Shown: piece by piece, positions 17,668 to 27,505 of the stretch
Numbering within the stretch: position 1 is the first letter of the stretch
How the letters are laid out: each line of letters opens with the position of its first letter
Origin: Candidatus Peregrinibacteria bacterium
Lineage (GTDB): Bacteria; Patescibacteriota; Gracilibacteria; UBA1369; UM-FILTER-53-11
Length of the DNA stretch: 42,403 nt
Direction: 5' to 3'
NCBI GenBank assembly: GCA_023245725.1
Contig: JAHFJU010000005.1
Coordinates: forward strand, 1-42,403
Translations under genes and position numbers: made by a program
Notes under the pieces: generated by a model
Databases searched by the model: none
What the model was told of the DNA's origin: nothing
Seen by the model: the letters and a program-made list of their open reading frames with translations, nothing else

Positions 17668-18924
17668 ATGAAAAAAATAATTCTGGCGGTACTAAAAACT
17701 TTCGCACTATACAAAATAAGACGAGTTAAACCCGTAATAATCGGCATAACCGGCTCGTACGGAAAAACAACGATGAAAGAGGTAATTGCTGGCGTTTTGG
17801 CAAAAAAATATCGGGTACTCAAAAGCGAAAAAAGTTTAAATACAGACATTGGTATGTGTCTCGCCATACTAGAACAGAAATCGGGTTTTAGCTCTCCTAT
17901 AGCGTGGGGAGCCATTTTATTTAGAGGATTTTTTAATGCATTCTTTTCGTCGAAAGCTGATTTTTTCGTCTTGGAATATGGTGTCGATAAAAAAGGTGAC
18001 ATGAACTCGCTCATTAAAATCGCGCGACCAAATGTTGCTATTATTACCGCAATTGCTCCGGCTCACCAAGCAGTGGGGCAGTTTAAAAATATCGATGAAA
18101 TTGCGCAAGAAAAAGCCACTTTGGCATATGCGGTAAATGAAAAAGGCTTGGTTATATTAAATCGTGGCAATGAAAATATTAGGAAAATTGCAGAAAAAGT
18201 GAAGGCGAAAATTGCATGGTACAACGATGAAAAAGGATTACATGCCAGCGCAAAACAGGCCGCGCATGGAATTACCGTTTCGCTTACTGCAAATAAAAAA
18301 ACACATTCATTTTTCATGCCAGTAATTGGCACTTTTCACAGTGACTGCGTACAAGTTGCCGCTATCATTGGGCATAATTTTGGCATTGGCCCAACGGCTG
18401 TAAGTGACTCGCTAAAGAATTTCACACCTCCAGTTGGCCGCATGTCGCTGATTGAGGCTAAAAATGGAGCGACCATAATTGACAGCTCTTACAACGCTTC
18501 ACCTGAAACTGTTATTAATGCGCTCGAAATTTTAAAGGAATTTTCAGCAATTCGGCGCATTGCCATACTTGGAAGCATGAATGAACTAGGCGAAATTAGT
18601 GAAAAAGCACACAGAGAAGTCGGCAGAAAGTGCGGCAGCTGGTTGTCGGCACTAATTACCGTTGGAGAAAGCGGAAAAATCATAGCCGATGAGTGCTTGA
18701 AGATGACCGAGAAACCAAGTACTATTGCCTCCTTTGAGAGCGCAAAAGCCGCAAGCGAGTACATAAACACAGTATACAAACTGCAAAGAGGAGACGTTAT
18801 ACTGGTGAAAGGATCTCAAAACAAGGTACGCCTTGAAAGGACAGTAAAGGCACTTATGGCTCACCCAGAGAAGGCAAACAAACTTCTTTGCAGACAAGAG
18901 CCCGAGTGGCTATCTAAAGAGTAA
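17668..18924 (+). CDS. murF: UDP-N-acetylmuramoyl-tripeptide--D-alanyl-D-alanine ligase (Mur ligase with a very short N-terminal region)
   Basis: The P-loop GITGSYGKTT is already at residue ~27. DSSYNASPETV, GSMNELGEISEKAHREVG and ILVKGSQN are MurF-like. Confidence 0.75.
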   Translation: MKKIILAVLKTFALYKIRRVKPVIIGITGSYGKTTMKEVIAGVLAKKYRVLKSEKSLNTDIGMCLAILEQKSGFSSPIAWGAILFRGFFNAFFSSKADFFVLEYGVDKKGDMNSLIKIARPNVAIITAIAPAHQAVGQFKNIDEIAQEKATLAYAVNEKGLVILNRGNENIRKIAEKVKAKIAWYNDEKGLHASAKQAAHGITVSLTANKKTHSFFMPVIGTFHSDCVQVAAIIGHNFGIGPTAVSDSLKNFTPPVGRMSLIEAKNGATIIDSSYNASPETVINALEILKEFSAIRRIAILGSMNELGEISEKAHREVGRKCGSWLSALITVGESGKIIADECLKMTEKPSTIASFESAKAASEYINTVYKLQRGDVILVKGSQNKVRLERTVKALMAHPEKANKLLCRQEPEWLSKE

Positions 18925-18931
18925 TAATCAT

Positions 18932-19879
18932 ATGATCTATTCGTGGTCTACCATCGGGCATAATAAGCAATTGAACCAACTCGAACATGACATTCATGGC
19001 GAAAGACTTTCTCATGCCTATTTATTTGTTGGCCCAGCAGGAATTGGAAAAATGCACATTGCAAAAACTCTTGCTGGAATAATTCAGTGCCCGAATAATT
19101 ATTGCCGAACGTGCCCGATCTGCAAACAGATAGAAAAAAACATTCATCAAGATACAATTCAACTTGTCGACAAGGGCGAATCTATAAAAATTGAAGAGGT
19201 GAAAGGACTTGTAGAACGCGTAAACTTAAGCACTCAGAGCAATCGTAAAGTCGTCATTATCGACGGGCTTGAGCGACTTACTCCAGAGGCGGCGAATGCA
19301 CTTCTTAAAACACTCGAAGAGCCTCCATCACACACCATCATCATTGCTACTATTCACGATTTACATGCAACGCTAGCTACAATTGTTTCACGCATGAGGG
19401 CTGTTTATTTTAAAAAACCAACGCACGCAGAAATTCGCGCGGCCTTGGCACAACTTTACCCTCAGGCAAATACCGAAACTATTGAAAGCGCAGTAGCATT
19501 ATCGTTTGGCGCAAGCGGCCGCGCGCGCGCATTGGTAGAAGATCCAGAGCGTCTTTCTGAATTAAGAAAAGAATTCGACCATATTGCCTATTTATATGAG
19601 CAAGAAGGCCTAGCCGAAAGAATAGTTCACATGGGCGAACTTACAAAAGCCGAAGCCGAAGAAAAAGATGAAAAAAAAGCTCCAGTCATAGTTTCGAAAT
19701 TCCTCGATACTCTTCAGCTGTTTTTACATCAAAAACTACACCAATTTATCGGGGACGAAGCGCAGCAATTACGCATTATTTCACATATTGAGAAAGCCCA
19801 CGATGCCCGACAACTTTATGAAAAAAACATCAATACGCGCCTTATACTCGAGCATCTCAACGTTAATCTGCTAAAATAG
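18932..19879 (+). CDS. holB: DNA polymerase III delta' subunit
   Basis: Motifs seen: HAYLFVGPAGIGK, the zinc module CPNNYCRTCPICKQ, and VVIIDGLERLTPEAANALLKTLEEPP. Confidence 0.85.
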   Translation: MIYSWSTIGHNKQLNQLEHDIHGERLSHAYLFVGPAGIGKMHIAKTLAGIIQCPNNYCRTCPICKQIEKNIHQDTIQLVDKGESIKIEEVKGLVERVNLSTQSNRKVVIIDGLERLTPEAANALLKTLEEPPSHTIIIATIHDLHATLATIVSRMRAVYFKKPTHAEIRAALAQLYPQANTETIESAVALSFGASGRARALVEDPERLSELRKEFDHIAYLYEQEGLAERIVHMGELTKAEAEEKDEKKAPVIVSKFLDTLQLFLHQKLHQFIGDEAQQLRIISHIEKAHDARQLYEKNINTRLILEHLNVNLLK

Positions 19880-19888
19880 CCCCACTTT

Positions 19889-20668
19889 ATGTTTGAACTC
19901 CTCATTGCAGCATCGGCTCTGTCTCTCATTATCATGATATTTCGCAGACAAGCACGCATAATAGAACAAAAACGCCCGGTAGATTGGGGAATGGCAGGCC
20001 ACGTTCCCGAAACTGTAGCAAAACAAGAAGAAGCAAACGAAGAGTCCGCTCAACGCACAACCGATGAAAATAAAACCGAACAAAACGAACCTCTCGATTT
20101 TCAGTCTATAAATAAATATTTACGTGAAGCGGAAACGTATTTTGCCAGAAGCGAGTTTGAAGATGCCGAAAAATCATTCATCAAAGTACTGTCGTATCAA
20201 GACGATCACCCAGAAGCCCTAAATAAACTTTCGATTATTTACATTCAAGGCGACGATTTGAGAAAGGCCGAGTTGATGATGACAAAGCTAATGAATACGA
20301 ATACTAAAGATCCTACTCATTTTTGTAATTATGGCCGATGTCTCTACAGCCTTGGGCGTAAAGAAGATGCAATTACTGCATACTTGAAAGCTATTGAACT
20401 TGACCCGAGCAAGCCAAGCAGACATGTTAATGTGGCGAATATTTATTATGAGTTACAGGATTTAAATAAGTCGCTCGAAAACTACCTGCGCGCCCTTGAA
20501 CTTGACCCGTACAACGGGGAATATCTTTCGATTATTGCTGATCTTGCTGAGCAAACTGGCGACACCGAAGTGCAATATAAAACGCTAAAAAAGATGCTCG
20601 ATATTGACCCGTATAACTACGAAGCAAAACGAAAATTCGACAAAGTGGCGCAACAACTTGGCAGATAA
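19889..20668 (+). CDS. membrane-anchored tetratricopeptide-repeat protein
   Basis: There is an N-terminal hydrophobic helix, followed by repeated A..Y.KAIELDP / Y.RALELDP TPR-like units. Confidence 0.75.
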   Translation: MFELLIAASALSLIIMIFRRQARIIEQKRPVDWGMAGHVPETVAKQEEANEESAQRTTDENKTEQNEPLDFQSINKYLREAETYFARSEFEDAEKSFIKVLSYQDDHPEALNKLSIIYIQGDDLRKAELMMTKLMNTNTKDPTHFCNYGRCLYSLGRKEDAITAYLKAIELDPSKPSRHVNVANIYYELQDLNKSLENYLRALELDPYNGEYLSIIADLAEQTGDTEVQYKTLKKMLDIDPYNYEAKRKFDKVAQQLGR

Positions 20669-20690
20669 ATAATTACGTTCAAACGAATTA

Positions 20691-22523
20691 TCACTCAAAC
20701 GGATTCACATCTGCCGGACCTGCAACAGGGGGAGCGACCGGACCACCCACAAGAAACTTATTTGGCACAGCTTTATAGTGGCTCTTTATTGCTTCTTTAG
20801 TCTCAACACCATCTTTAACAATTGTGCGATACCAGAGGGCATCAAAACCTCCATGAGCCTTTTCAACCTGCTTTCGTTGCCCTGGTTTTAGCTTTGCATC
20901 GGGAACCTCGAGAGGCGCCGACGGGGCCGACTGTTTATTAGAAATATATGGACCATCTAAGTTCACTGTACGCGTGTCTTTAGTGCCGTATAGCTTGAAA
21001 TGCGCCGACGTGCCCTCAGTATATGCCTGAATAATTAGCGGCCCAGGAGTATCGTTTTTAAACTTCATATCGACGTTTGGCGGATACACGGTTGCATCGA
21101 GCCCATGGCCTCCAACTTGAGCATAATACTGAACTGCGTATGAGTGTGGACTGCGCTTAAGAATAGGCAATCCTGCATAAAGAGCGGCACGATACAAAGT
21201 AGTTGAGACCTGACATAAACCTCCTCCAAATTCAGGAATCGTTCCTTCAGGTTTAATTACCAACTCCTTTAAAAAACCATGTTCGCCATCGACTGGCCCA
21301 ATGTTTTCATCGAATGAAAACTCTTCACCCTGTGCAATCATAATACCGTTATATTTTGCAACTCCAGTGGCAATATTATGCTGGCGATTTTCAGGAGAAC
21401 CATTGTAAGTTGTATAACCATCGACAACTAATTCAGTAATACCAAGCGCCTGCAGTTCAGGAGCAATATCGAGTTTTGAAGCCACAGTTCTCATAGGAAT
21501 TTCGACAGGATTTTCACTCGCCATATTCATTAGTTTCGCAATAGAAATGTGCAAGCTGTCGCGATCAACTACAGAACCATCAACACCTTTCCCTTCAACT
21601 TTTATTTGATCATTTTCTTTATAAATTTTTACATCTTCCGGCTGATGATCAAGTGAAGTTGCCAATTTTTCATCGACGAATTTATTAAAACTTACAGGAT
21701 CCCAATACATCAGATACGGCAACCCCTGCAGCGGAACCGCGGCAGTTGAAATGCTAAATGGCGCGGTATCTTGACGGTCGAAACGAATCCACTCGGGATG
21801 ATCTCTAAAATTAATTTCCCATTTCTGTTTCTCAAAAGTTAGCGTAATTATTTTTGGAAACGACTCCTTCAAAAGCGGTAAATATGGCTCTAAATCGGCT
21901 GTTTGAATACTAGGCATGTTCTCTGAAAATTTCACCGTGAGAGCTGGAGTCTCAAAAAATCTGATATTATTTTCAAGTTGAAGCGCAAGTGTTTCTACAT
22001 CGGGAGTGAGCCCTATTTCGGCAGGAGTAACAGCCAATCCTCCAGTAACTTTTTTCAAATATGCATTCTTCGCCTGTGGAACCGCAGAAAATTTCTTGTA
22101 AATAAGTTGCTCAAGTTGCGTTCGCGAAATCGCCGGATCAACAAAATATCTATGACCTGCAAATCCTTTTATAATCAATGACAACTGCGAAATTTTTGCA
22201 GAAGTTGGCAGTGAATTTATTAGAGCATTGTCATCGAATAATGTACCAAAATCAGCGAGGCTAAATGTTTGAACTTCTCCCATTGTCTTTTTCGTTACCG
22301 CATTTTGAGCAGAAAGAGTAATAGGAGCCGAGAGCAATTGAGCCAAGCGTTCTTTTAATTTTGTTCGCGCATTAATTTTAGACATTCCACCCAAATTAAT
22401 ATCACCGACAAAAGAGCGGGGGAGTATTAAATCGTTTCGGCGGTAAACATCGAGAGTTAAAATTCCCGTGAATACGGCTAGAACGAGCGCTGTTGAAATG
22501 ATAATGCGTAGAACGCTATCCAT
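20691..22523 (-). CDS. VanW-domain protein with an N-terminal TM helix and a G5-like C-terminus
   Basis: GGGLCQVSTTLYRAALYAGLPILKRSPHSY is the VanW core. TATTAT lies 7 nt upstream of the ATG. The stop is TGA. Confidence 0.75.
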   Translation of the reverse strand: MDSVLRIIISTALVLAVFTGILTLDVYRRNDLILPRSFVGDINLGGMSKINARTKLKERLAQLLSAPITLSAQNAVTKKTMGEVQTFSLADFGTLFDDNALINSLPTSAKISQLSLIIKGFAGHRYFVDPAISRTQLEQLIYKKFSAVPQAKNAYLKKVTGGLAVTPAEIGLTPDVETLALQLENNIRFFETPALTVKFSENMPSIQTADLEPYLPLLKESFPKIITLTFEKQKWEINFRDHPEWIRFDRQDTAPFSISTAAVPLQGLPYLMYWDPVSFNKFVDEKLATSLDHQPEDVKIYKENDQIKVEGKGVDGSVVDRDSLHISIAKLMNMASENPVEIPMRTVASKLDIAPELQALGITELVVDGYTTYNGSPENRQHNIATGVAKYNGIMIAQGEEFSFDENIGPVDGEHGFLKELVIKPEGTIPEFGGGLCQVSTTLYRAALYAGLPILKRSPHSYAVQYYAQVGGHGLDATVYPPNVDMKFKNDTPGPLIIQAYTEGTSAHFKLYGTKDTRTVNLDGPYISNKQSAPSAPLEVPDAKLKPGQRKQVEKAHGGFDALWYRTIVKDGVETKEAIKSHYKAVPNKFLVGGPVAPPVAGPADVNPFE

Positions 22524-22686
22524 GGGTCGTATAATAAATGAGCCAGCTAAAAAATACCAACCTGCTTTTCACAAATGACACCAAATTCATAGCATGTTTA
22601 TGAAAGCTCACGCCTAAAAATAGAATTAACGAAAAAATATTACTTCAAAAACTGCCAAGAACATTTAGAGTAATTGCCTTTGAGCA

Positions 22687-22974
22687 TTAGATTTTTTTCA
22701 CGATTTTCTTCATCCATCTGAATAGTCCTTTTCTGCTCCTTTCCATTGAATTCTTTGCAGACGCGATAGTTTCATGATGTTCATCGAGAAATTCCTCACT
22801 AGCCTCTTTGCCTTTATTAATAAGTTCTTCACCTTTGTCAGTAATCATTTTTCTTGTTTCGCTACCTTTGCGAGGTGCAAGAGTAAGACCCAATACAGAG
22901 CCAATAGCCCCACCGATAATGACTCCAGTTACAAGATTTTCGAACTTCTTTGTGATTTTTTTATTCTCAGCCAT
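22687..22974 (-). CDS. YtxH-domain protein
   Basis: GVIIGGAIGSVLGLTLAPRKGSETRKMI, followed by a charged helical tail. Confidence 0.7.
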   Translation of the reverse strand: MAENKKITKKFENLVTGVIIGGAIGSVLGLTLAPRKGSETRKMITDKGEELINKGKEASEEFLDEHHETIASAKNSMERSRKGLFRWMKKIVKKI

Positions 22975-23039
22975 AAGAAAAATTTGTTAAGACAGGGCTC
23001 AGTTTAGTACGAATACAAATTGTGTGCAATAGGAGGGAA

Positions 23040-23969
23040 TTATGCGTAATCTACGTAAGCAGTAACACCTTTTACATATTTGATAACGCTCATAGCGGCG
23101 TTGCACCCCTCACCCGAACTTTTACATGCCTGCGCGTTACCGCCTGTACAATCACCAGCGGCAAATAATCCCTTCAAATTAGTGGAACCAGTTCGCGAAT
23201 CAGCGACAATAAATGCATTTTGAGGCCCAGTTCGCTCAACACCCAATTTAAGGGCAAAATCGCCAGCACCAGCCACGCCAAGAGCAAGAAACACTCCATC
23301 GAAAGCACGCTCTGAACCATCTGCAAATTTAATTTTTTCTAACTTATTCTCGCCTATAAACTCAGAAATTTTAAGAGATTTTTCAAGGATTACGCCGCGT
23401 TCCTGCAATCCAGCCATCATTCGATTATTCATTGTAAACTCTTTTCCATGGCTCAAAATAGTTACTTGTTTAGAGAAAGAGAGGAGTTGCAACGCTTCTT
23501 CACCTGCAAAATCTGTGGAACCTACTATCGCAAGATTTTTTTGCTTAAAAAAGAACCCATCGCAGGTAACGCAAAACGAAACTCCTTTACCAGTTAAATC
23601 TTTTTCACGTCGAATTCCAGATGGCTTAAATCCTAATCCTGTACAAATTATTACAGTTTTCGAAGGATATTCACCTAACTCGCTGTCTGTAATAACAAAC
23701 CCTTCACCAGTGTCATTTGCCCGAATATCGACGACTAACTTTTCAAGATGATCTGCACCGAAACTCTTGGCTTGTTCAAGCCCCTGAATCATAAGTTGAG
23801 GGCCAGAAATTCCTTCGGTAAATCCAAAATAATTTTCGATTAAATGAGCTTTATATGCGTTTGATGCTTTTATGTCACCAATTACCAAGGTTTTTAGCTG
23901 TGCACGGGCGCAATAAAGTGCTGCCGTTAGGCCTGCGGGGCCAGTGCCGATAATAATTGTGTCGTACAT
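23040..23969 (-). CDS. thioredoxin-reductase-like flavoprotein lacking canonical NADPH-binding motifs
   Basis: The FAD motif is IIIGTGPAGLTAALY and the redox centre is CVTCDG. In place of GGGxSAxEEA / HRRxxxR it has GSTDFAGEEA / SHGKEF. I prefer the ATG at 23969 over the TTG at 23999. Confidence 0.8.
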   Translation of the reverse strand: MYDTIIIGTGPAGLTAALYCARAQLKTLVIGDIKASNAYKAHLIENYFGFTEGISGPQLMIQGLEQAKSFGADHLEKLVVDIRANDTGEGFVITDSELGEYPSKTVIICTGLGFKPSGIRREKDLTGKGVSFCVTCDGFFFKQKNLAIVGSTDFAGEEALQLLSFSKQVTILSHGKEFTMNNRMMAGLQERGVILEKSLKISEFIGENKLEKIKFADGSERAFDGVFLALGVAGAGDFALKLGVERTGPQNAFIVADSRTGSTNLKGLFAAGDCTGGNAQACKSSGEGCNAAMSVIKYVKGVTAYVDYA

Positions 23970-24053
23970 GCCAAGGAACAATAATAAAATAGGAGTCAAT
24001 AATCAAACCAGAATAGTCATACCGACAGACAGCTAGCCATACTTAACTTACCC

Positions 24054-25610
24054 CTAGCGACCACCGGCAATCTCTGCGCCGGCAGACTTACGCGCTGTAC
24101 TGGTAGACTTTGTGTTACGAATAGTTACTATGCGAATTTTTCCCGGATAGCCGCCTTTTGCTTCAACTTTTTTTGCGATTTCATCTGCAAGAGGTTGAAG
24201 GTTCTGGTCATACAATTTTTCATGATCAACAATTACGCGAAGCTCACGACCAGCATTTATTGCAAATGCTTTTCTAACTCCAGCAGACTCAAAAGCTGTG
24301 TTTTGGAGCTCAATAATTCGCTCAACGTAGCGGTCTGTAGACTCTGCTCGAGCGCCTGGACGACCAGCAGAAATTGCGTCGGCTGCTTTAACAATGAGAG
24401 CCTCAACAGTTTCTTGCGGAATCGCATCGTGATGAGTCCATGCTGCGTGAACTATCTCCCAAGAGAAACCATATTTTTCAAGTAATTCTTTTGAAAGATA
24501 ATCGTGAGAACCACCAACTTCTTGATCGATTGCTTTTCCAAGATCATGAAAGAATCCACCAAGAAATGCTGTTCTTTCATCTGCGCCAATACGTGCGGCG
24601 ATTAAACGTGCAAAGTAACCAACCTCGGCACAGTGGCGCATAACGTTTTGGCCAAAACTTGTTCTATATTTCAAACGACCAACCAGCACAGCAAAATCAG
24701 GAGGCATATTTAGAACCCCAATCTCTTTTAAAATGCGCATTCCTTCAACTTGCAACAGACGCTCAACCTCTGCAACCGCGCGCTCTTTTACCTTAACAAT
24801 AACATCTTCATTTATAATTTTTTCACGCATCAGAAACTCCATTCCGATACGAGCAGTTTCTTCAGCTACTATATTAAAACAGCTGATAATAATTGTATTT
24901 GGCTCATCGTTAAATATTACATCGACACCAAACAGCTCTTCAAAAAATGCAATTAAACGACCACCGCGGCCTACAATTCGCCCTTTCACTTCGTCGTGAA
25001 GAACTTTTATTTTCGCCATGTTAGGAGAACGAGCAGCACCAGAACTGTAACGGCAAATGCACTCAGACAGTACCGCGCGCGCGTCTTTATTCACCGTTTC
25101 TTGAGCCAACTCTTGCGCGCGCGCCAAACGCAACTCCGCATCGTGAGTAAACTCCGCGGAATATTTATTCATTAACTCTTCGCGTGCGCTATCGCGTGTA
25201 ACTCCTGTAAGACGAATTAAATCATCTGCCAAACGTTTTTCAATTTCTTCACACTGCTGTCGAATTTGTTTAACAGCAGACTCTTCGTTGTCATATTCTT
25301 TTTGCATTTCTGCAATTCGAGCATCGCGTTTTGCAAGCGACTGAGCCTTTACATCAATCATTTTGTTTAGAGTGTCCGCCTCAAGAGAAAGCTCTTTTTC
25401 GTCGAACACAATCTGTTTGCGAATTTCATCGGCCTTCAAATTTGCACGAGTAATCAACTCTTTTTTTTGAGTCTGAACTTCAGAATCAAGATCTTCGATT
25501 TTTCGCTCGTAATCATCTTGGCTGTATGGCTTTGGTTTTAAAACATAGGCTCCGAACAGAAACCCTCCGCCCAAGCCTGCTAACAATAAGACTAAATCTA
25601 ATAATGGCAT
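24054..25610 (-). CDS. rny: ribonuclease Y
   Basis: It has an N-terminal TM helix, a coiled-coil, a KH domain (GRIVGRGGRLIAFFEELFGVDVIF) and an HD domain (FFHDLGKAID). TGgTATACT lies 9 nt upstream of the ATG. Confidence 0.92.
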   Translation of the reverse strand: MPLLDLVLLLAGLGGGFLFGAYVLKPKPYSQDDYERKIEDLDSEVQTQKKELITRANLKADEIRKQIVFDEKELSLEADTLNKMIDVKAQSLAKRDARIAEMQKEYDNEESAVKQIRQQCEEIEKRLADDLIRLTGVTRDSAREELMNKYSAEFTHDAELRLARAQELAQETVNKDARAVLSECICRYSSGAARSPNMAKIKVLHDEVKGRIVGRGGRLIAFFEELFGVDVIFNDEPNTIIISCFNIVAEETARIGMEFLMREKIINEDVIVKVKERAVAEVERLLQVEGMRILKEIGVLNMPPDFAVLVGRLKYRTSFGQNVMRHCAEVGYFARLIAARIGADERTAFLGGFFHDLGKAIDQEVGGSHDYLSKELLEKYGFSWEIVHAAWTHHDAIPQETVEALIVKAADAISAGRPGARAESTDRYVERIIELQNTAFESAGVRKAFAINAGRELRVIVDHEKLYDQNLQPLADEIAKKVEAKGGYPGKIRIVTIRNTKSTSTARKSAGAEIAGGR

Positions 25611-25667
25611 AGTGATGGCAGTATACCATAAATCGTTGAAAAAAAAGGCACCGATACTACTGGGTAG

Positions 25668-27458
25668 TTATCTCAATTGAGGCATCGCTTTTCTGCCTAT
25701 AAACCAGCCCAAACCGCCTAGAATAAGCGCGAAAATCAATGTCGAATATTCAGGAACCGGCGCTGGTGGATCTGGGGGAGCCGTCGGTGGATCGCCACCG
25801 CCTCCAGGAGGAGGAGAAGAGCCTTCAATAACTCCGTAGCTGTCAAAATGCGGAACAGTAAAAGTTAATACATTGCCAGAACAATAGTCAGCAGTACACG
25901 CAGGAGTCGAATTTGCATCACACACTTGCCCGTTAGCAATTATATCGCTGGCGTTTGTTCTAAATGTGCTGTCGTAATAAATCGTGTACGAAGTACAATC
26001 ATTCACATTCATAGAAACAGTCGCCTCGGAATCAAACGCACCCAGCAAACCAGAAGCATTCACACTAACATAATCAGAACCGACCGAAACATTGCTATTA
26101 AAATCTTGCTGACGTACATCAAGGTCATTTGTCCAAGTTAAATTGCCATACTGGTTACCCAAACGAAGTCCTGACACAGCAGCTAAATTACTTTCTACTG
26201 AAAGATCGGTAGTGCCGTATGGTGCAGAAAAATTACTGCTCAAAACTCCTATTGAAGGAGTTCCTATTGAAACTGATTTTATGTCTGGAGAATAAGAAGT
26301 ATTGCTCGTTTCAAGTGTTGCCTGATATTGGAAATAACGACCAGCTGAAACTACGCCCGAAAGGCTAAATGAAGGGAGTGCAGTTGTGTTTGAATCCTGT
26401 TCTTCAAAATATGAGCCACTTGTACCGTCAGGGCCTACGTAAGATTCAGACGTACACGACGAACCGCAAGAACGAACCTGAAAGCGTACACGTTCGGTTC
26501 CGCGTTTATATAAATTGAGAATTTCAGACGCACCCAAAGAGCGGCTATAAACTGAGACTTCATCAATATTTCCAACGAAATAACCACTATTTAAATTAGA
26601 ATAATCACGACCTATAACCGCCGCTGCACCTGTATCAGTGATTGGACTGGTTGCTTGCTCCGTCTGAACAACACCATCAATATACAAAAGAAACTTACCG
26701 CCTGTTTTTACGGCAGCAATATGATGCCAATTTGAATCAGTATAAGCAGAGTTGGACTTTGAAACCGTATTTAATGCGCTGTTATTGCCAGCGATAACCT
26801 GAAATTTATTGTCAGATCTTAATGTTATTGCGTATCCCTTATAATTTCCCCCAATCAAAGTAAATTTGCTAAAAATACCGCGAGAAGTGCCATTACCTCC
26901 TGTAATTTTTACCCAAGCGGAAATTGTCGGAGTCGACGTTAGTTGTAAGTTCGCGCTATTAGTGAGAGTTACATAATCTCCGGTGCCATCAAAAAGAAGT
27001 GAACTGTTAAATTCACCCGTACTCGAATATGTAGGATTTCCGCTCACCGTTCCTGAAATACTACTACCAGAGGTATCGTCTAATGAACCACTCGATTCGT
27101 TCATATGCATGAGCAAAACATTGTTAGTCATGTTGGCGTTTCCCGTACTGTAAGCCGTTTCTGACACAGCAGAATTTGGAAGCTCTTTTAAATAAGGCTG
27201 TGAAGGAGTCCACCCAAAAGTGCTCCAGCTGGTTGAAGTTAACGCGTCAATTATGCGAGATGTGTAGGTTCCGGTACCAGCGGTTTTTCCGGTGGAGTTT
27301 AATTCTTGCCATGAACTACCGGAATTCCACTGAGTATTTGAGAGAGTGCCAGCGCCAAAGCCATATGTAGCATCGCTAGAATTGTCAGCAAAATCAGCAA
27401 AAACAACTGACGGAAATACCAGTAGCAGTAACAAGGCGAGAGCAATTAATCGTTTCAT
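25668..27458 (-). CDS. secreted LamG/concanavalin-A-like domain protein with a Pro-rich stalk and a C-terminal TM anchor
   Basis: The signal peptide is MKRLIALALLLLLVFPSVVFA. The LamG hallmark is LLMHMNESSGSLDDTSG...LLFDGTGDYVTL...ISAWVKI. The C-terminus is PPPGGGGDPPTAPPDPPAPVPEYSTLIFALILGGLGWFIGRK. Confidence 0.8.
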   Translation of the reverse strand: MKRLIALALLLLLVFPSVVFADFADNSSDATYGFGAGTLSNTQWNSGSSWQELNSTGKTAGTGTYTSRIIDALTSTSWSTFGWTPSQPYLKELPNSAVSETAYSTGNANMTNNVLLMHMNESSGSLDDTSGSSISGTVSGNPTYSSTGEFNSSLLFDGTGDYVTLTNSANLQLTSTPTISAWVKITGGNGTSRGIFSKFTLIGGNYKGYAITLRSDNKFQVIAGNNSALNTVSKSNSAYTDSNWHHIAAVKTGGKFLLYIDGVVQTEQATSPITDTGAAAVIGRDYSNLNSGYFVGNIDEVSVYSRSLGASEILNLYKRGTERVRFQVRSCGSSCTSESYVGPDGTSGSYFEEQDSNTTALPSFSLSGVVSAGRYFQYQATLETSNTSYSPDIKSVSIGTPSIGVLSSNFSAPYGTTDLSVESNLAAVSGLRLGNQYGNLTWTNDLDVRQQDFNSNVSVGSDYVSVNASGLLGAFDSEATVSMNVNDCTSYTIYYDSTFRTNASDIIANGQVCDANSTPACTADYCSGNVLTFTVPHFDSYGVIEGSSPPPGGGGDPPTAPPDPPAPVPEYSTLIFALILGGLGWFIGRKAMPQLR

Positions 27459-27505
27459 ATTTGTTTGAGTTAAAAACGCACCAATATTAGCAGAGGCATG
27501 AAAAA

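Noticed and set aside
20691-20693. Possible alternative genetic code (UGA reassignment), as found in some candidate phyla
   Set aside because: TGA terminates the VanW-domain ORF at a sensible C-terminus. All conserved genes translate at full length under the standard code with no in-frame TGA needed.
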